DNA from: an uncultured Ignavibacteriaceae bacterium
GTDB lineage: Bacteria > Bacteroidota > Ignavibacteria > Ignavibacteriales > Ignavibacteriaceae
Reading direction: 5' to 3'
DNA length: 33,653 bases
Assembly (NCBI GenBank): GCA_964400245.1
Contig: CAYNUV010000001.1
Span: 1-33,653 of the forward strand
Positions 19,995 through 29,039 of the stretch are shown here, one piece after another (position 1 is the stretch's first letter; each line of letters starts with the position of its first letter). Position numbers and translations under genes: made by a program. The notes under the pieces were generated by a model. It searched no databases and had not been told where the DNA came from. It saw nothing but the letters and a program-made list of their open reading frames with translations.

Positions 19995-21231
19995 ATTAAT
20001 CATTAGCTTTATTTTATTTTACTTCCTTTTGGGAGTAAATACTTTATTTGCACAACAAGATTCAGATTATGAAATTGTGCAAAACTTTAAAGAAAGAGCA
20101 CAGAAGATAGAACAAGCACTCAGGGAGGCTGATTCTTTAGAACCACTTGCTGATGTTAACGAAAATATTAATCAGTTAAGAAGCGATTTCATTTCTCACA
20201 AAAAGCTTCTTGACAACGGACTCTATCCTGAAAGCTTCGATAAAACAATTGAGAAACTTAGAAATTCCTACTCTCTGAGAAGTGACGATTTTATGCATAT
20301 TGATGTTCTTCAAACCGAAGTTACAGGATTAAAAGAAGCGGTTGATACCCTAAACCGTAGAAATAATGAACTTGTTGAACAGTTTGAAATTCTTTACAAA
20401 CAAACTAATGATGATAAAACCCGGATTGCTCAACTTGAAAAAACAATTGCCCAGCTTAAATCATCTCTGAAGAAGAGAGATGAGATAGTAATGAATATGA
20501 TAGACAGTTTACTGCCCTCATCTTTCTCAGGTGAAGATTTGAGTTCGCAGGAAAAACAGCAGCTTCTTTCAGAAGCGGAACAAAACAACATTCTCTTTCA
20601 TATTAAAAGAGCAGTGAGTGATAATATAAGATTCCTGAGAGCTACTAAATTATACCCGGATGATATCGAAGAAATCAAGGATCAGCAGGAAGATTTCACA
20701 CGGATTTGGAAGAGCGTGGGACCAACGATGACTGAATTGTATTCTGAAAAAGGAAAAAATACAAACGAACTTAAAGAAATTGATGAAGCTTTTACAAACT
20801 GGATTTCATATCTTGATAAAGAAACATGGGAATCTCTTAAACAGGAATTTACAGAGAATAATATAAACCTTCGCGATTTTTCCAACGGGAAAGAATTTGC
20901 AGCTGCACTCTCATTTTATATTAGTGATGAAATAAAGAATGCAGAAGTAAAGGGGAAAGATAAAGCCGAAGCCGTTTATGAAAACTTTGCAGATAGTACC
21001 TGGTATAATGAGATTGATCCTGATTGGGTTCCTTTCTTAATTGATAATAACATGCTTGCTGAAGAACAAAAAGATTCTATTGAAGTTATGATTGCTTCAT
21101 GGAGAGATAATGTTTATCCGGGCGGAACCAACTGGATATATATAATTGCAGGAGTACTGGTACTTGCGGTTGTTATTCTCCTGTTTACGAGAAAGTCCAA
21201 AAAAATAAAACCAACGGAACAAGCAGGCTAA
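19984..21231 (+). CDS. Hypothetical exported coiled-coil protein with a C-terminal TM anchor
   Basis: Signal peptide, long heptad-like helical segments (LNRRNNELVEQFEILYKQ..., IAQLEKTIAQLKSSLKK), and a terminal hydrophobic helix WIYIIAGVLVLAVVILLF followed by a basic tail. Confidence 0.6.
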   Translation: MKNKLIISFILFYFLLGVNTLFAQQDSDYEIVQNFKERAQKIEQALREADSLEPLADVNENINQLRSDFISHKKLLDNGLYPESFDKTIEKLRNSYSLRSDDFMHIDVLQTEVTGLKEAVDTLNRRNNELVEQFEILYKQTNDDKTRIAQLEKTIAQLKSSLKKRDEIVMNMIDSLLPSSFSGEDLSSQEKQQLLSEAEQNNILFHIKRAVSDNIRFLRATKLYPDDIEEIKDQQEDFTRIWKSVGPTMTELYSEKGKNTNELKEIDEAFTNWISYLDKETWESLKQEFTENNINLRDFSNGKEFAAALSFYISDEIKNAEVKGKDKAEAVYENFADSTWYNEIDPDWVPFLIDNNMLAEEQKDSIEVMIASWRDNVYPGGTNWIYIIAGVLVLAVVILLFTRKSKKIKPTEQAG

Positions 21232-21335
21232 AATTTCCTTCGGGGTGAGTTAAATGCTCACTCCACATTTACCCCAACCTTTTTCCATAAAAAAAGTCTA
21301 AGTTATGTATATAATAAAAATATTGTGAGGTTATT

Positions 21336-21997
21336 GTGTTTTTAAAAATTATAAACCTATCCGTTTTATTTCTATTGATCGCATCGGTCTCTTCGTATGC
21401 AGGCGAAGTAACAAAAAATTATGATTTTAAAGATTTCCAAACTGTTAGTGTTGGTTACGGAATGCATGTAGATATTTCACAATCAAATTCTTACAGTATT
21501 GAGGTGAAAGCCGATGAACAAGATTTTGAATATCTTAAAGTTGAAAAAGACGGGGATGAACTGAAATTTTATATTGATAAGAATAATTATCGTAAGAGAG
21601 ATGAAATAATTATAAAAATCACAATGCCTTCTTTAACTGCGATAAATTTAAGCGGGGGAAGCATTGGTAAAATAACTTATCGGGCGGTTCAATTCTAAAT
21701 GGTTCACTTAAATGTGCCGATATAGAAATTGGTCTTTCAGGCGGAAGCCAGGTTACTCTTAAAGGAAACAGCGGAGATGCTGAAATTGATGGTTCGGGTG
21801 GAAGTATTTTTAAGCTTAAAGATTTTAAAGTAAATAATACAGAAGTTTCTTTATCCGGTGGTTCACAAGTTTCAATCAATATGAATGGAACTCTTAATGC
21901 ATCGCAAAGCGGCGGCTCACAGATAACATATTATGGTAGCGCAGATATAGGAAATACTTCTTTCTCAGGAGGTTCCGGTATAAGAAAAGGAGATTAA
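21336..21997 (+). pseudogene. DUF2807 (GIN-domain, putative adhesin-head) protein, frame broken once as sequenced
   Basis: GTG start with GAGG RBS and a signal peptide. ORF 21336..21698 ends in LSGGSIGKITYRAVQF*. The frame starting at 21671 continues NNLSGGSILNGSLKCADIEIGLSGGSQVTLKG...SGGSIFKL...LSGGSQVSI...QSGGSQITYYG...FSGGSGIRKGD*, the periodic SGGS repeats of DUF2807. Confidence 0.75.
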
Positions 21998-22028
21998 GAT
22001 ATTTAGGGGTTTGGAAATCGGAGAAATT

Positions 22029-22463
22029 TTATTTCTCAATTTTAAAAGAATATTTAATAGAAGCCGATTTATTTAAGATTGCAGCTGCCGAGCAATATTT
22101 ATCAACAGACAGCCCGATAGCTCTCTTAACTTTTCTTTCATCAAGATCTCCTTTTAAGCTGAAATGAATTTTTATCTCTTCAAAAAGGGATGGAATTTTA
22201 TCAGCCTCACGTTCCCCGTCAACAGAGACATTAAACTCTTGTATTTCCTGCTTTTGTTTTTTTAATATTTGAATTATATCAATTGAGCTGCAGGCACCTA
22301 AGCTCATAAGCATTAATTCCATCGGCCTTGCCCCTGCGTTTTGTCCGCCAATTGATTCAGCAGCATCAATATTAACTTCAACTCCTGCAGAACCTACAGC
22401 TTTAAAGTGGAAATTATCATTGACTCTTTTTAATTCTACTTTCATATAATTGTTTATTTGCAT
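22029..22463 (-). CDS. OsmC/Ohr-family protein
   Basis: 144 aa with the OsmC-fold pattern (ELMLMSLGACSSIDIIQILKK...KYCSAAAIL) and two conserved Cys. Last gene of the sulfur operon. Confidence 0.75.
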   Translation of the reverse strand: MQINNYMKVELKRVNDNFHFKAVGSAGVEVNIDAAESIGGQNAGARPMELMLMSLGACSSIDIIQILKKQKQEIQEFNVSVDGEREADKIPSLFEEIKIHFSLKGDLDERKVKRAIGLSVDKYCSAAAILNKSASIKYSFKIEK

Positions 22464-22503
22464 TTAGTATTGGTTACTTCAAACTTGCTCTTGTAATTCC
22501 TGA

Positions 22504-23760
22504 CTAACCTATCATCCCGGCACCTGCGGTAGTATTGCTATGTTCATCAATCAAAATAAAATTACCATTTGCCCTGTTCTTTTTATACTCATCGTAACTT
22601 AAAGGATTGGCGGTTTTTATTCTTACTTTACAAATATCATTAAGATTAATTGTATCCGAATTTTTTATCTCTTCAAGTGAATTTACATCAATTTTATGAA
22701 TTATCTCTTTAACTACGCACTTTAAAATGCTGCTGTTATGCCGAAGAAGATATTTATTCCCTACGACTAATGGTTTTGTATCCATCCAGCAGACAACAGC
22801 TTCAATATCACTGCTTACTTTCGGGAGATTATCTTCTTTTACAATTACGTCGCCACGCTGAATATCCAGTTCATCATTTAAATGGATAACAACAGACATT
22901 GGTGCAAAGGCTTCTTCAACTTCATTCCCAAACATTTCAATATTTTTTATTGCTGATCCAAATCCTGAAGGAAAGCTGATAACCTTATCACCTTTTTTGA
23001 AAACGCCGCTTATAATTTTCCCTGCATAACCTCTGTAGTTATATGGCTCACCATTCCGTGGGCGAATAACCCATTGCACAGGGAATCTCGAATCTAAATT
23101 ATGATGCGAATTAATATGAATTTCTTCAAGATGATTTAATAAACTTTTTCCTTCATACCAGAACATCCTTTCAGATTTTTCAACTACATTATCGCCAAGT
23201 TTAGCGCTTACAGGAATGTATTGAATCTCTTTAAATGTAAGTTTAGCTGCAAATTTTCTGAAATCATTTATGATGTTCTCAAAAATTTCTTCCGAATAAT
23301 CAACAAGATCCATCTTGTTAACACATATAACCAAGCGAGGAATATCTAAAAGGGAAGCGATGATTGAATGTCTCTTTGTCTGTTCATTAATTCCTTTTGT
23401 TGCATCAATTAAAATAATTACGAGATCAGAATTTGATGCGCCGGTTACCATATTGCGGGTGTATTGAAAATGCCCGGGTGTATCTGCTATAATAAATTTT
23501 CTTTTCTCAGTATTAAAATATTTATAAGCCACATCAATTGTGATTCCCTGTTCCCGTTCGGCTCGTAAGCCGTCAGTGAGAAATGCAAGATTAATTCCAT
23601 TGGTGTGAGAGAAGTCTTCCCCATTATCATTATTCTTTGAGTGCTTGACAGCTTCAAACTGATCGGTTAATACAGATTTACTATCATACAATAATCTGCC
23701 TATTAAAGTACTTTTGCCGTCATCAACACTTCCTGCAGCAATAAATTTCAGTATGTCCAT
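22504..23760 (-). CDS. cysN: Sulfate adenylyltransferase subunit 1 (GTPase CysN), no fused APS-kinase domain
   Basis: G1 GSVDDGKSTLIGRLL, G3 DTPGH, G4 NKMD. 418 aa, so no CysC domain. Starts 2 nt after cysD. Confidence 0.9.
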   Translation of the reverse strand: MDILKFIAAGSVDDGKSTLIGRLLYDSKSVLTDQFEAVKHSKNNDNGEDFSHTNGINLAFLTDGLRAEREQGITIDVAYKYFNTEKRKFIIADTPGHFQYTRNMVTGASNSDLVIILIDATKGINEQTKRHSIIASLLDIPRLVICVNKMDLVDYSEEIFENIINDFRKFAAKLTFKEIQYIPVSAKLGDNVVEKSERMFWYEGKSLLNHLEEIHINSHHNLDSRFPVQWVIRPRNGEPYNYRGYAGKIISGVFKKGDKVISFPSGFGSAIKNIEMFGNEVEEAFAPMSVVIHLNDELDIQRGDVIVKEDNLPKVSSDIEAVVCWMDTKPLVVGNKYLLRHNSSILKCVVKEIIHKIDVNSLEEIKNSDTINLNDICKVRIKTANPLSYDEYKKNRANGNFILIDEHSNTTAGAGMIG

Positions 23761-23762
23761 AA

Positions 23763-24671
23763 TCAGAAATATCCCACCGCTTTTCTGTCTTCCATCGCTG
23801 ATTCGGATGTAAAATCATCTAACCTGGTTTCTCCTCTTTCACTGGTTCTGGAATTTTTTATTTCTTTTATGATATCTTCCACAGTTACTGCATCCGATTC
23901 AATTGCAGCAGTACAAGTCATATCACCTACTGTTCTAAATCTTACTTTTTTATTAACTATAATGTCCTTGTGATCGCGATAAATAAAATAGGAGAGAGCC
24001 AAAAGTTTTTCATCTCTTAAAATGCAATCTCTTTTGTGAGCGAAATAAATCTGTGGAATTTCAATGTTTTCTCTTTTGATATAATTCCACACATCTGATT
24101 CTGTCCAGTTACTTATAGGGAAAACCCTCACATTCTCTCCATAATTAATTTTTCCGTTAAATATATTCCACAGTTCCGGTCTTTGCATCTTTGGATTCCA
24201 TTGGCCGAATTCATCTCTTATCGAAAAAACTCTTTCCTTTGCCCTGGCTTTTTCTTCATCTCTTCTTGCGCCGCCTATGCACACATCAAATTTAAATTCT
24301 CCAATTGTATCCAGCAGGGTATATGTCTGAAGAGAATTCCTGCTTGCATATTTACCTTTAGATTCGGTTAATCCTCTTTGCCTGATTGTATCTTCAACAT
24401 ATCTTACTATAAGTTTTTCGTTTAGATTAGAAACCAATTTATCCCTGAACTCTATGGTTTCAGGAAAGTTATGTCCTGTATCAATATGTACTAAAGTAAA
24501 AGGAAATTTACCAGGACGGAATGCCTTCTCTGCAAGACGAACTAAAGTAATTGAATCTTTACCTCCAGAGAATAGAAGTGCCGGACGCTCAAATTGCCCT
24601 GCAACCTCACGTAAAATATGAATTGATTCTGACTCAAGTTTATCGAGATAGTTTAAAATATATTTCGCCAT
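23763..24671 (-). CDS. cysD: Sulfate adenylyltransferase subunit 2 CysD
   Basis: PAPS-reductase/ATP-PPase fold LLFSGGKDS, followed by typical CysD sequence to the C-terminus (...MEDRKAVGYF). Confidence 0.92.
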   Translation of the reverse strand: MAKYILNYLDKLESESIHILREVAGQFERPALLFSGGKDSITLVRLAEKAFRPGKFPFTLVHIDTGHNFPETIEFRDKLVSNLNEKLIVRYVEDTIRQRGLTESKGKYASRNSLQTYTLLDTIGEFKFDVCIGGARRDEEKARAKERVFSIRDEFGQWNPKMQRPELWNIFNGKINYGENVRVFPISNWTESDVWNYIKRENIEIPQIYFAHKRDCILRDEKLLALSYFIYRDHKDIIVNKKVRFRTVGDMTCTAAIESDAVTVEDIIKEIKNSRTSERGETRLDDFTSESAMEDRKAVGYF

Positions 24672-24720
24672 AATTTTATTCTGAATTTATTTGTAATAAG
24701 TTAATGTCAATTAATAAGGC

Positions 24721-25458
24721 TTACTCTTGATCCTGTACTTGAATTTGCACTTGCTCTTTTAATATATGCAAGCCGCATTCTTTTTTTGAATTATCTTCCC
24801 ACCACCATCTGCCTGCTCTGAAATCCTCGTCTTCTTGTACTGCACGAGTGCAAGGTGAGCATCCAATGCTTACAAATCCTTTATCGTGTAAAAGATTGTA
24901 CGGAACATTATGGTTGCTGATAAAGTCTTTTACTTCCTGTGTATTCCAATTAAGCAAAGGATGAAATTTGAAAAGCTTGTGAGATTCATCCCACTCAAAC
25001 TGTTCCATTACTTTCCTGTTATCTGAATGTTCTGCCCGGATACCTGTAACCCAGCATTCCATTCCTTTTAAAGCCCGGTTCAATGGTTCAACCTTCCTTA
25101 TAAAGCAGCATTCTTTTCTGTTTTCAACAGACTCATAAAAACTAAACGGTCCTTTTTCATTAACAAGCTTTTCCACTTTTTTATTTTCCGGAAAGTATAT
25201 CCGGATTTTCTTGTCATAAAATTCATTTGTTTTATTTAGAACTGAATATGTTTCATTAAATAATCTACCTGTATCTAAAGTGAAAATTTGTATTGGTAAA
25301 TCATTTGAAAAAATAATATGAGTAATTGCCTGGTCTTCTAAACCAAGACTTGTTGAAAATACTATCTTACCTCTGAATTTTTCAGAGAGAATCTTTAAAG
25401 ATTCTTCAATAGGTTTCCCATCAATAAAACTTCTTAACTCATTTAAATTTTTTATCAT
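24721..25458 (-). CDS. cysH: Assimilatory adenylyl-sulfate (APS)/PAPS reductase CysH, Fe-S-cluster type
   Basis: KECCFIRKVEPL and SIGCSPCT (the CC...CxxC cluster ligands of APS-type reductases) plus the C-terminal catalytic KECGLH. Confidence 0.88.
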   Translation of the reverse strand: MIKNLNELRSFIDGKPIEESLKILSEKFRGKIVFSTSLGLEDQAITHIIFSNDLPIQIFTLDTGRLFNETYSVLNKTNEFYDKKIRIYFPENKKVEKLVNEKGPFSFYESVENRKECCFIRKVEPLNRALKGMECWVTGIRAEHSDNRKVMEQFEWDESHKLFKFHPLLNWNTQEVKDFISNHNVPYNLLHDKGFVSIGCSPCTRAVQEDEDFRAGRWWWEDNSKKECGLHILKEQVQIQVQDQE

Positions 25459-25467
25459 TTCTACTTT

Positions 25468-26649
25468 TTAAAAACCTTTTTCTTTTGATTTCTCTAAAGC
25501 CTGTTCAACATCATCAATTATATCTTTTATATCTTCCAGTCCGACAGATATGCGGATTAAGCCGGGAGTAATTCCAATTGCATTTCTTTCCTTCTCAGTA
25601 AGCTTGGAATGTGTTGTTGATGAAGGATGCGTAACTGTAGTTCTTGTATCTCCGAGATTAGCAGTTCTTGAAAGAATATTCAGAGAATCAATAAATTTTT
25701 TTGCTCCTTCATATCCCCCCTTAACTGAAAAAGTAACAATTCCTCCTCCGAGCTTCATCTGCTTCTTTGCTAACTGATATTGAGGATGAGTAGGAAGAAA
25801 AGGATATTTCAAGAATTCAAGTTCATCATTTTCTTTAAAATATTCTGCAAAGATCAAAGCATTGGCGGAATGTTTTTCCATTCTGACTGAAAGTGTTTCA
25901 AGACTTTTTGAAAGCACCCAAGCATTAAAAGGGGAAAGAGCCGGTCCCGTTTGTCTTGCAAAGAACTGGATTTCCATTGCAAGTTCTTTTTTCCCAACAA
26001 TTACTCCACCCAAAACTCTGCCTTGCCCATCTATAAATTTTGTTGCAGAATGAGTTATAAGATCGGCACCATAATCAATTGGAGTCTGTAGTATTGGTGT
26101 TGCAAAACAATTATCTACATTTAAAATAAGATTGTATTTACTCTTCAGTTCACCAAGCCATTCAAGATCAATCAGCTCAAGACCAGGATTGGATGGAGTT
26201 TCAACGAAAATCATTCTTGTATTTTTATTTATAGCTTTCTCCCACTCTTCTGGTTTCTCGGCATCAACATAAGTGTGAGAGATACCCCACTTGGGTAAAA
26301 TTTTTGTTAAAAGCTGGTGAGTAGATCCAAACAAACATCTTGATGCAATTATATGATCTCCTGATTTGAGCAAAGCAGCAAATCCTGCAAACACAGCAGC
26401 CATACCTGTTGCAAATGCTACACCCGCTTCAGCCTTTTCAAGTGAGCACATCTTTTCAATAAATTCCGAAACATTCGGATTTGAAAAGCGTGAATAAATA
26501 TTTCCTTCAATTTCATCTGCAAATAATGCTCTTCCTTGCTCTGTATCTTCAAATACAAAACTGGATGTTAAATACAGAGGAACAGAGTGCTCTCTATGCT
26601 TGGATTTTTCTGCCTGAATCCGGATTGAGTTAGTTTCTTCTTTACTCAT
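25468..26649 (-). CDS. PLP-dependent O-succinyl/O-acetylhomoserine sulfhydrylase (MetZ/MetY family)
   Basis: Cys/Met-metabolism PLP family: YSRFSNPNV, GMAAV, and the PLP-lysine context HSATKFIDGQG. The 393-aa length and N-terminus are MetZ-like. Confidence 0.82.
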   Translation of the reverse strand: MSKEETNSIRIQAEKSKHREHSVPLYLTSSFVFEDTEQGRALFADEIEGNIYSRFSNPNVSEFIEKMCSLEKAEAGVAFATGMAAVFAGFAALLKSGDHIIASRCLFGSTHQLLTKILPKWGISHTYVDAEKPEEWEKAINKNTRMIFVETPSNPGLELIDLEWLGELKSKYNLILNVDNCFATPILQTPIDYGADLITHSATKFIDGQGRVLGGVIVGKKELAMEIQFFARQTGPALSPFNAWVLSKSLETLSVRMEKHSANALIFAEYFKENDELEFLKYPFLPTHPQYQLAKKQMKLGGGIVTFSVKGGYEGAKKFIDSLNILSRTANLGDTRTTVTHPSSTTHSKLTEKERNAIGITPGLIRISVGLEDIKDIIDDVEQALEKSKEKGF

Positions 26650-26651
26650 AA

Positions 26652-28190
26652 TTAAACAAAAAATGTATAAATGATTTTTAGACTAATAAATATTACCAGT
26701 ACACCAACTAATATCATCATTGTTCTTACGGGAAGTTTGCCTGCTGTTTTAGCTGCAATTGGTGCGGCTATCACTCCACCGATCACCAAACCTATTATTA
26801 ACTGATAGTATGAGAGCCCTATAAAAGTTATAAAAGCTGCCGAGCTGGCAAGTGCAACAAAAAATTCCGCAAGATTTACAGAACCAATTGTTATTAATGG
26901 ATTTTTCCCTTTTGCAATAAGAGTTGAAGAGACTATTGGTCCCCAGCCTCCACCGCCAACTGAATCAAAGAATCCTCCAAAACCGGCAAGGGGAGCTATA
27001 TATTTTATTTTTCCATTCCCCTTTCTTTCTTTGAATGCCTTGCGAAGAATCACTATTCCTAAAATTAAGGTGTAAGTAGCAATTAAAGGTTTAATTATAA
27101 AATTGTATTCTGAAAGTGATGACAGTGCATAAGCACCAATTACAGCCCCTAATATACCTGGAAGAAGGAGATTCTTAAAAAGTTTTATGCTTACATTACC
27201 AAACTTTAAATGAAATAAACCTGAAGCACCGCAAGTGAATATTTCCGAAGTATGAACACTTGCACTTGCTGCCGCTGGTGGAATACCAAGAGCCAACAGG
27301 AAAGATGTTGCACTTACTCCATAAGCCATTCCTAAAGCACCATCTATTATTTGTGCAATAAAACCTGCCAGTATAAACCATGGCAGTTGTTTATCGGCGG
27401 ATGAGATTAATTCACCTGGTAAATTTATTAATGATTCAAAAGAGATTCCATTAAAAGCAAACTGAAATAAAAAATGCCCGGCAATCATTGTAAGCATAAC
27501 TGCCAGAGCAATAAGAAAGTAACGGGTTAGTTTTGGTTTTTGTTTTTTTAGTTGAAGGTCTTCAACCAAAACAGATGTAATTGAGTTGAGAGTTTTTACT
27601 TTTTCTGAAAAGTTTCCATTTATCCTGTTTCTTATTTTAACAAGATTATCGAGAACATTTTCCATTTCATCCGGTATTGCATCGCTAAAAATTTCTCTTA
27701 ATCTTTTTGCAATAGTAGGAGATTTGCCGTTTGTAGATATGGCAAGCTTAATGCTTCCTTTCTGTACAACAGCGCCAAGATAAAAATCACACAGCTCGGG
27801 AGTATCTGCAACATTTACAAGGATGCCTTTTCTTTTTGCTTCTTTCCTGATAAATGAATTTAATTCTTTATCATTAGTTGCAGAAATAATGATGTCTTTG
27901 TTTTCTAAATCTTCAATGTCAAAAGTTTTATTAATTAACTCAACATTTGGATTTTGTTTTGCTAATGAAAAAATTTTCTCTCTGATTAATGGAGCTATCA
28001 AAGTAACATTTGCATCGGGACTGTTATTCAGCAGAGCAGAAAGTTTTTCATATCCAACCGAACCACCGCCGATAATTAAAGTGTTGAGGTTTTCCAACTT
28101 TAAAAAAATTGGAAAAAGTTTGTTTTCCTGTCTACCGGAAAGATTAACAGATTTTATTCTTTTATCTATTTCTGTTTCTTCTATTATCAT
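26652..28190 (-). CDS. Fusion protein: precorrin-2 dehydrogenase/sirohydrochlorin ferrochelatase (SirC/CysG-N/Met8-like) + TSUP (TauE/SafE, DUF81) membrane transporter
   Basis: About aa 1-205: FPIFLKLENLNTLIIGGGSVGYEKL (NAD site) and VNVADTPELCDFYLGAVVQKGSIKLAISTNGKSPTIAKRLR. About aa 222-512: 8 or so TM helices with the TSUP motifs DGALGMAYGV and GGFFDSVGGGGWGPIV. One continuous frame. Confidence 0.75.
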   Translation of the reverse strand: MIIEETEIDKRIKSVNLSGRQENKLFPIFLKLENLNTLIIGGGSVGYEKLSALLNNSPDANVTLIAPLIREKIFSLAKQNPNVELINKTFDIEDLENKDIIISATNDKELNSFIRKEAKRKGILVNVADTPELCDFYLGAVVQKGSIKLAISTNGKSPTIAKRLREIFSDAIPDEMENVLDNLVKIRNRINGNFSEKVKTLNSITSVLVEDLQLKKQKPKLTRYFLIALAVMLTMIAGHFLFQFAFNGISFESLINLPGELISSADKQLPWFILAGFIAQIIDGALGMAYGVSATSFLLALGIPPAAASASVHTSEIFTCGASGLFHLKFGNVSIKLFKNLLLPGILGAVIGAYALSSLSEYNFIIKPLIATYTLILGIVILRKAFKERKGNGKIKYIAPLAGFGGFFDSVGGGGWGPIVSSTLIAKGKNPLITIGSVNLAEFFVALASSAAFITFIGLSYYQLIIGLVIGGVIAAPIAAKTAGKLPVRTMMILVGVLVIFISLKIIYTFFV

Positions 28191-28247
28191 GTTATAGTTT
28201 TTAGTTATTAAATTTTTTTCTTCTTAATCTAAGGAGTATGCTTAGGA

Positions 28248-29027
28248 TTACGAGTAAGCCTTCAAAACCGATTCTCCGTTAAAAATTTCTTCTGCATCAG
28301 GATGTAATGAAACAACTTCACCAATTACAATTATTGCCGGCGATCCTAAATTCTTTTGCTTAGCTGTTTCTAAAATATTTTCAACCCGGGCAATTCCAAT
28401 TTTCTCATCAGGTAAAGAACCGTTTTGAATTATAGCTGCAGGTGTTGCCGATTTTCCTGCATTACTAAAAACCTCAACAATTTCTTTCAGTTTTCCCATA
28501 CCCATCAGGATAACAATTGTAGCATCTGTTTGTGCGGCTTTGTAAATATCATTTGATAATTCTCCATTTGATGTTGTGCCTGTGATTACCCAGAAGCTTT
28601 CATTTATTCCTCTTTTAGTGAGTGGAATATGCTGCAATTCCGGAACTGCAATAGCGCTTGATACTCCGGGAATAATTTCTACTTGAATGTTAAAAGCTTC
28701 AGCATAAGTAAGCTCTTCATGTCCTCTTCCAAAAACAAAAGGATCACCGCCTTTTAACCTTACAACATTTCCATAAGTTAAAGCATATTCAACGATCATC
28801 CGGTTAATCTCTTCCTGAGTATAAACGTAACTGTTAGCTCTCTTCCCGACAAAAATTCTCTTAGCTTCCTTTCTTGTATGATTAAGAAGTTCGGTATTTA
28901 CCAGTGCATCATATAAAACAACATCTGCTTTGGCAAGAGCTTTTATTCCTTTTACCGTAATCAGTTCAGCATCACCGGGACCAGCACCGACTAAGGTAAG
29001 TTTCGGTTTTATATTTAGATTCTCCAT
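28248..29027 (-). CDS. cobA: Uroporphyrinogen-III C-methyltransferase (SUMT; CobA/SirA)
   Basis: LVGAGPGDAELITVKG, VVRLKGGDPFVFGRG and IPGVSSA motifs. Confidence 0.9.
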   Translation of the reverse strand: MENLNIKPKLTLVGAGPGDAELITVKGIKALAKADVVLYDALVNTELLNHTRKEAKRIFVGKRANSYVYTQEEINRMIVEYALTYGNVVRLKGGDPFVFGRGHEELTYAEAFNIQVEIIPGVSSAIAVPELQHIPLTKRGINESFWVITGTTSNGELSNDIYKAAQTDATIVILMGMGKLKEIVEVFSNAGKSATPAAIIQNGSLPDEKIGIARVENILETAKQKNLGSPAIIVIGEVVSLHPDAEEIFNGESVLKAYS

Positions 29028-29039
29028 AATAATTCCAAA

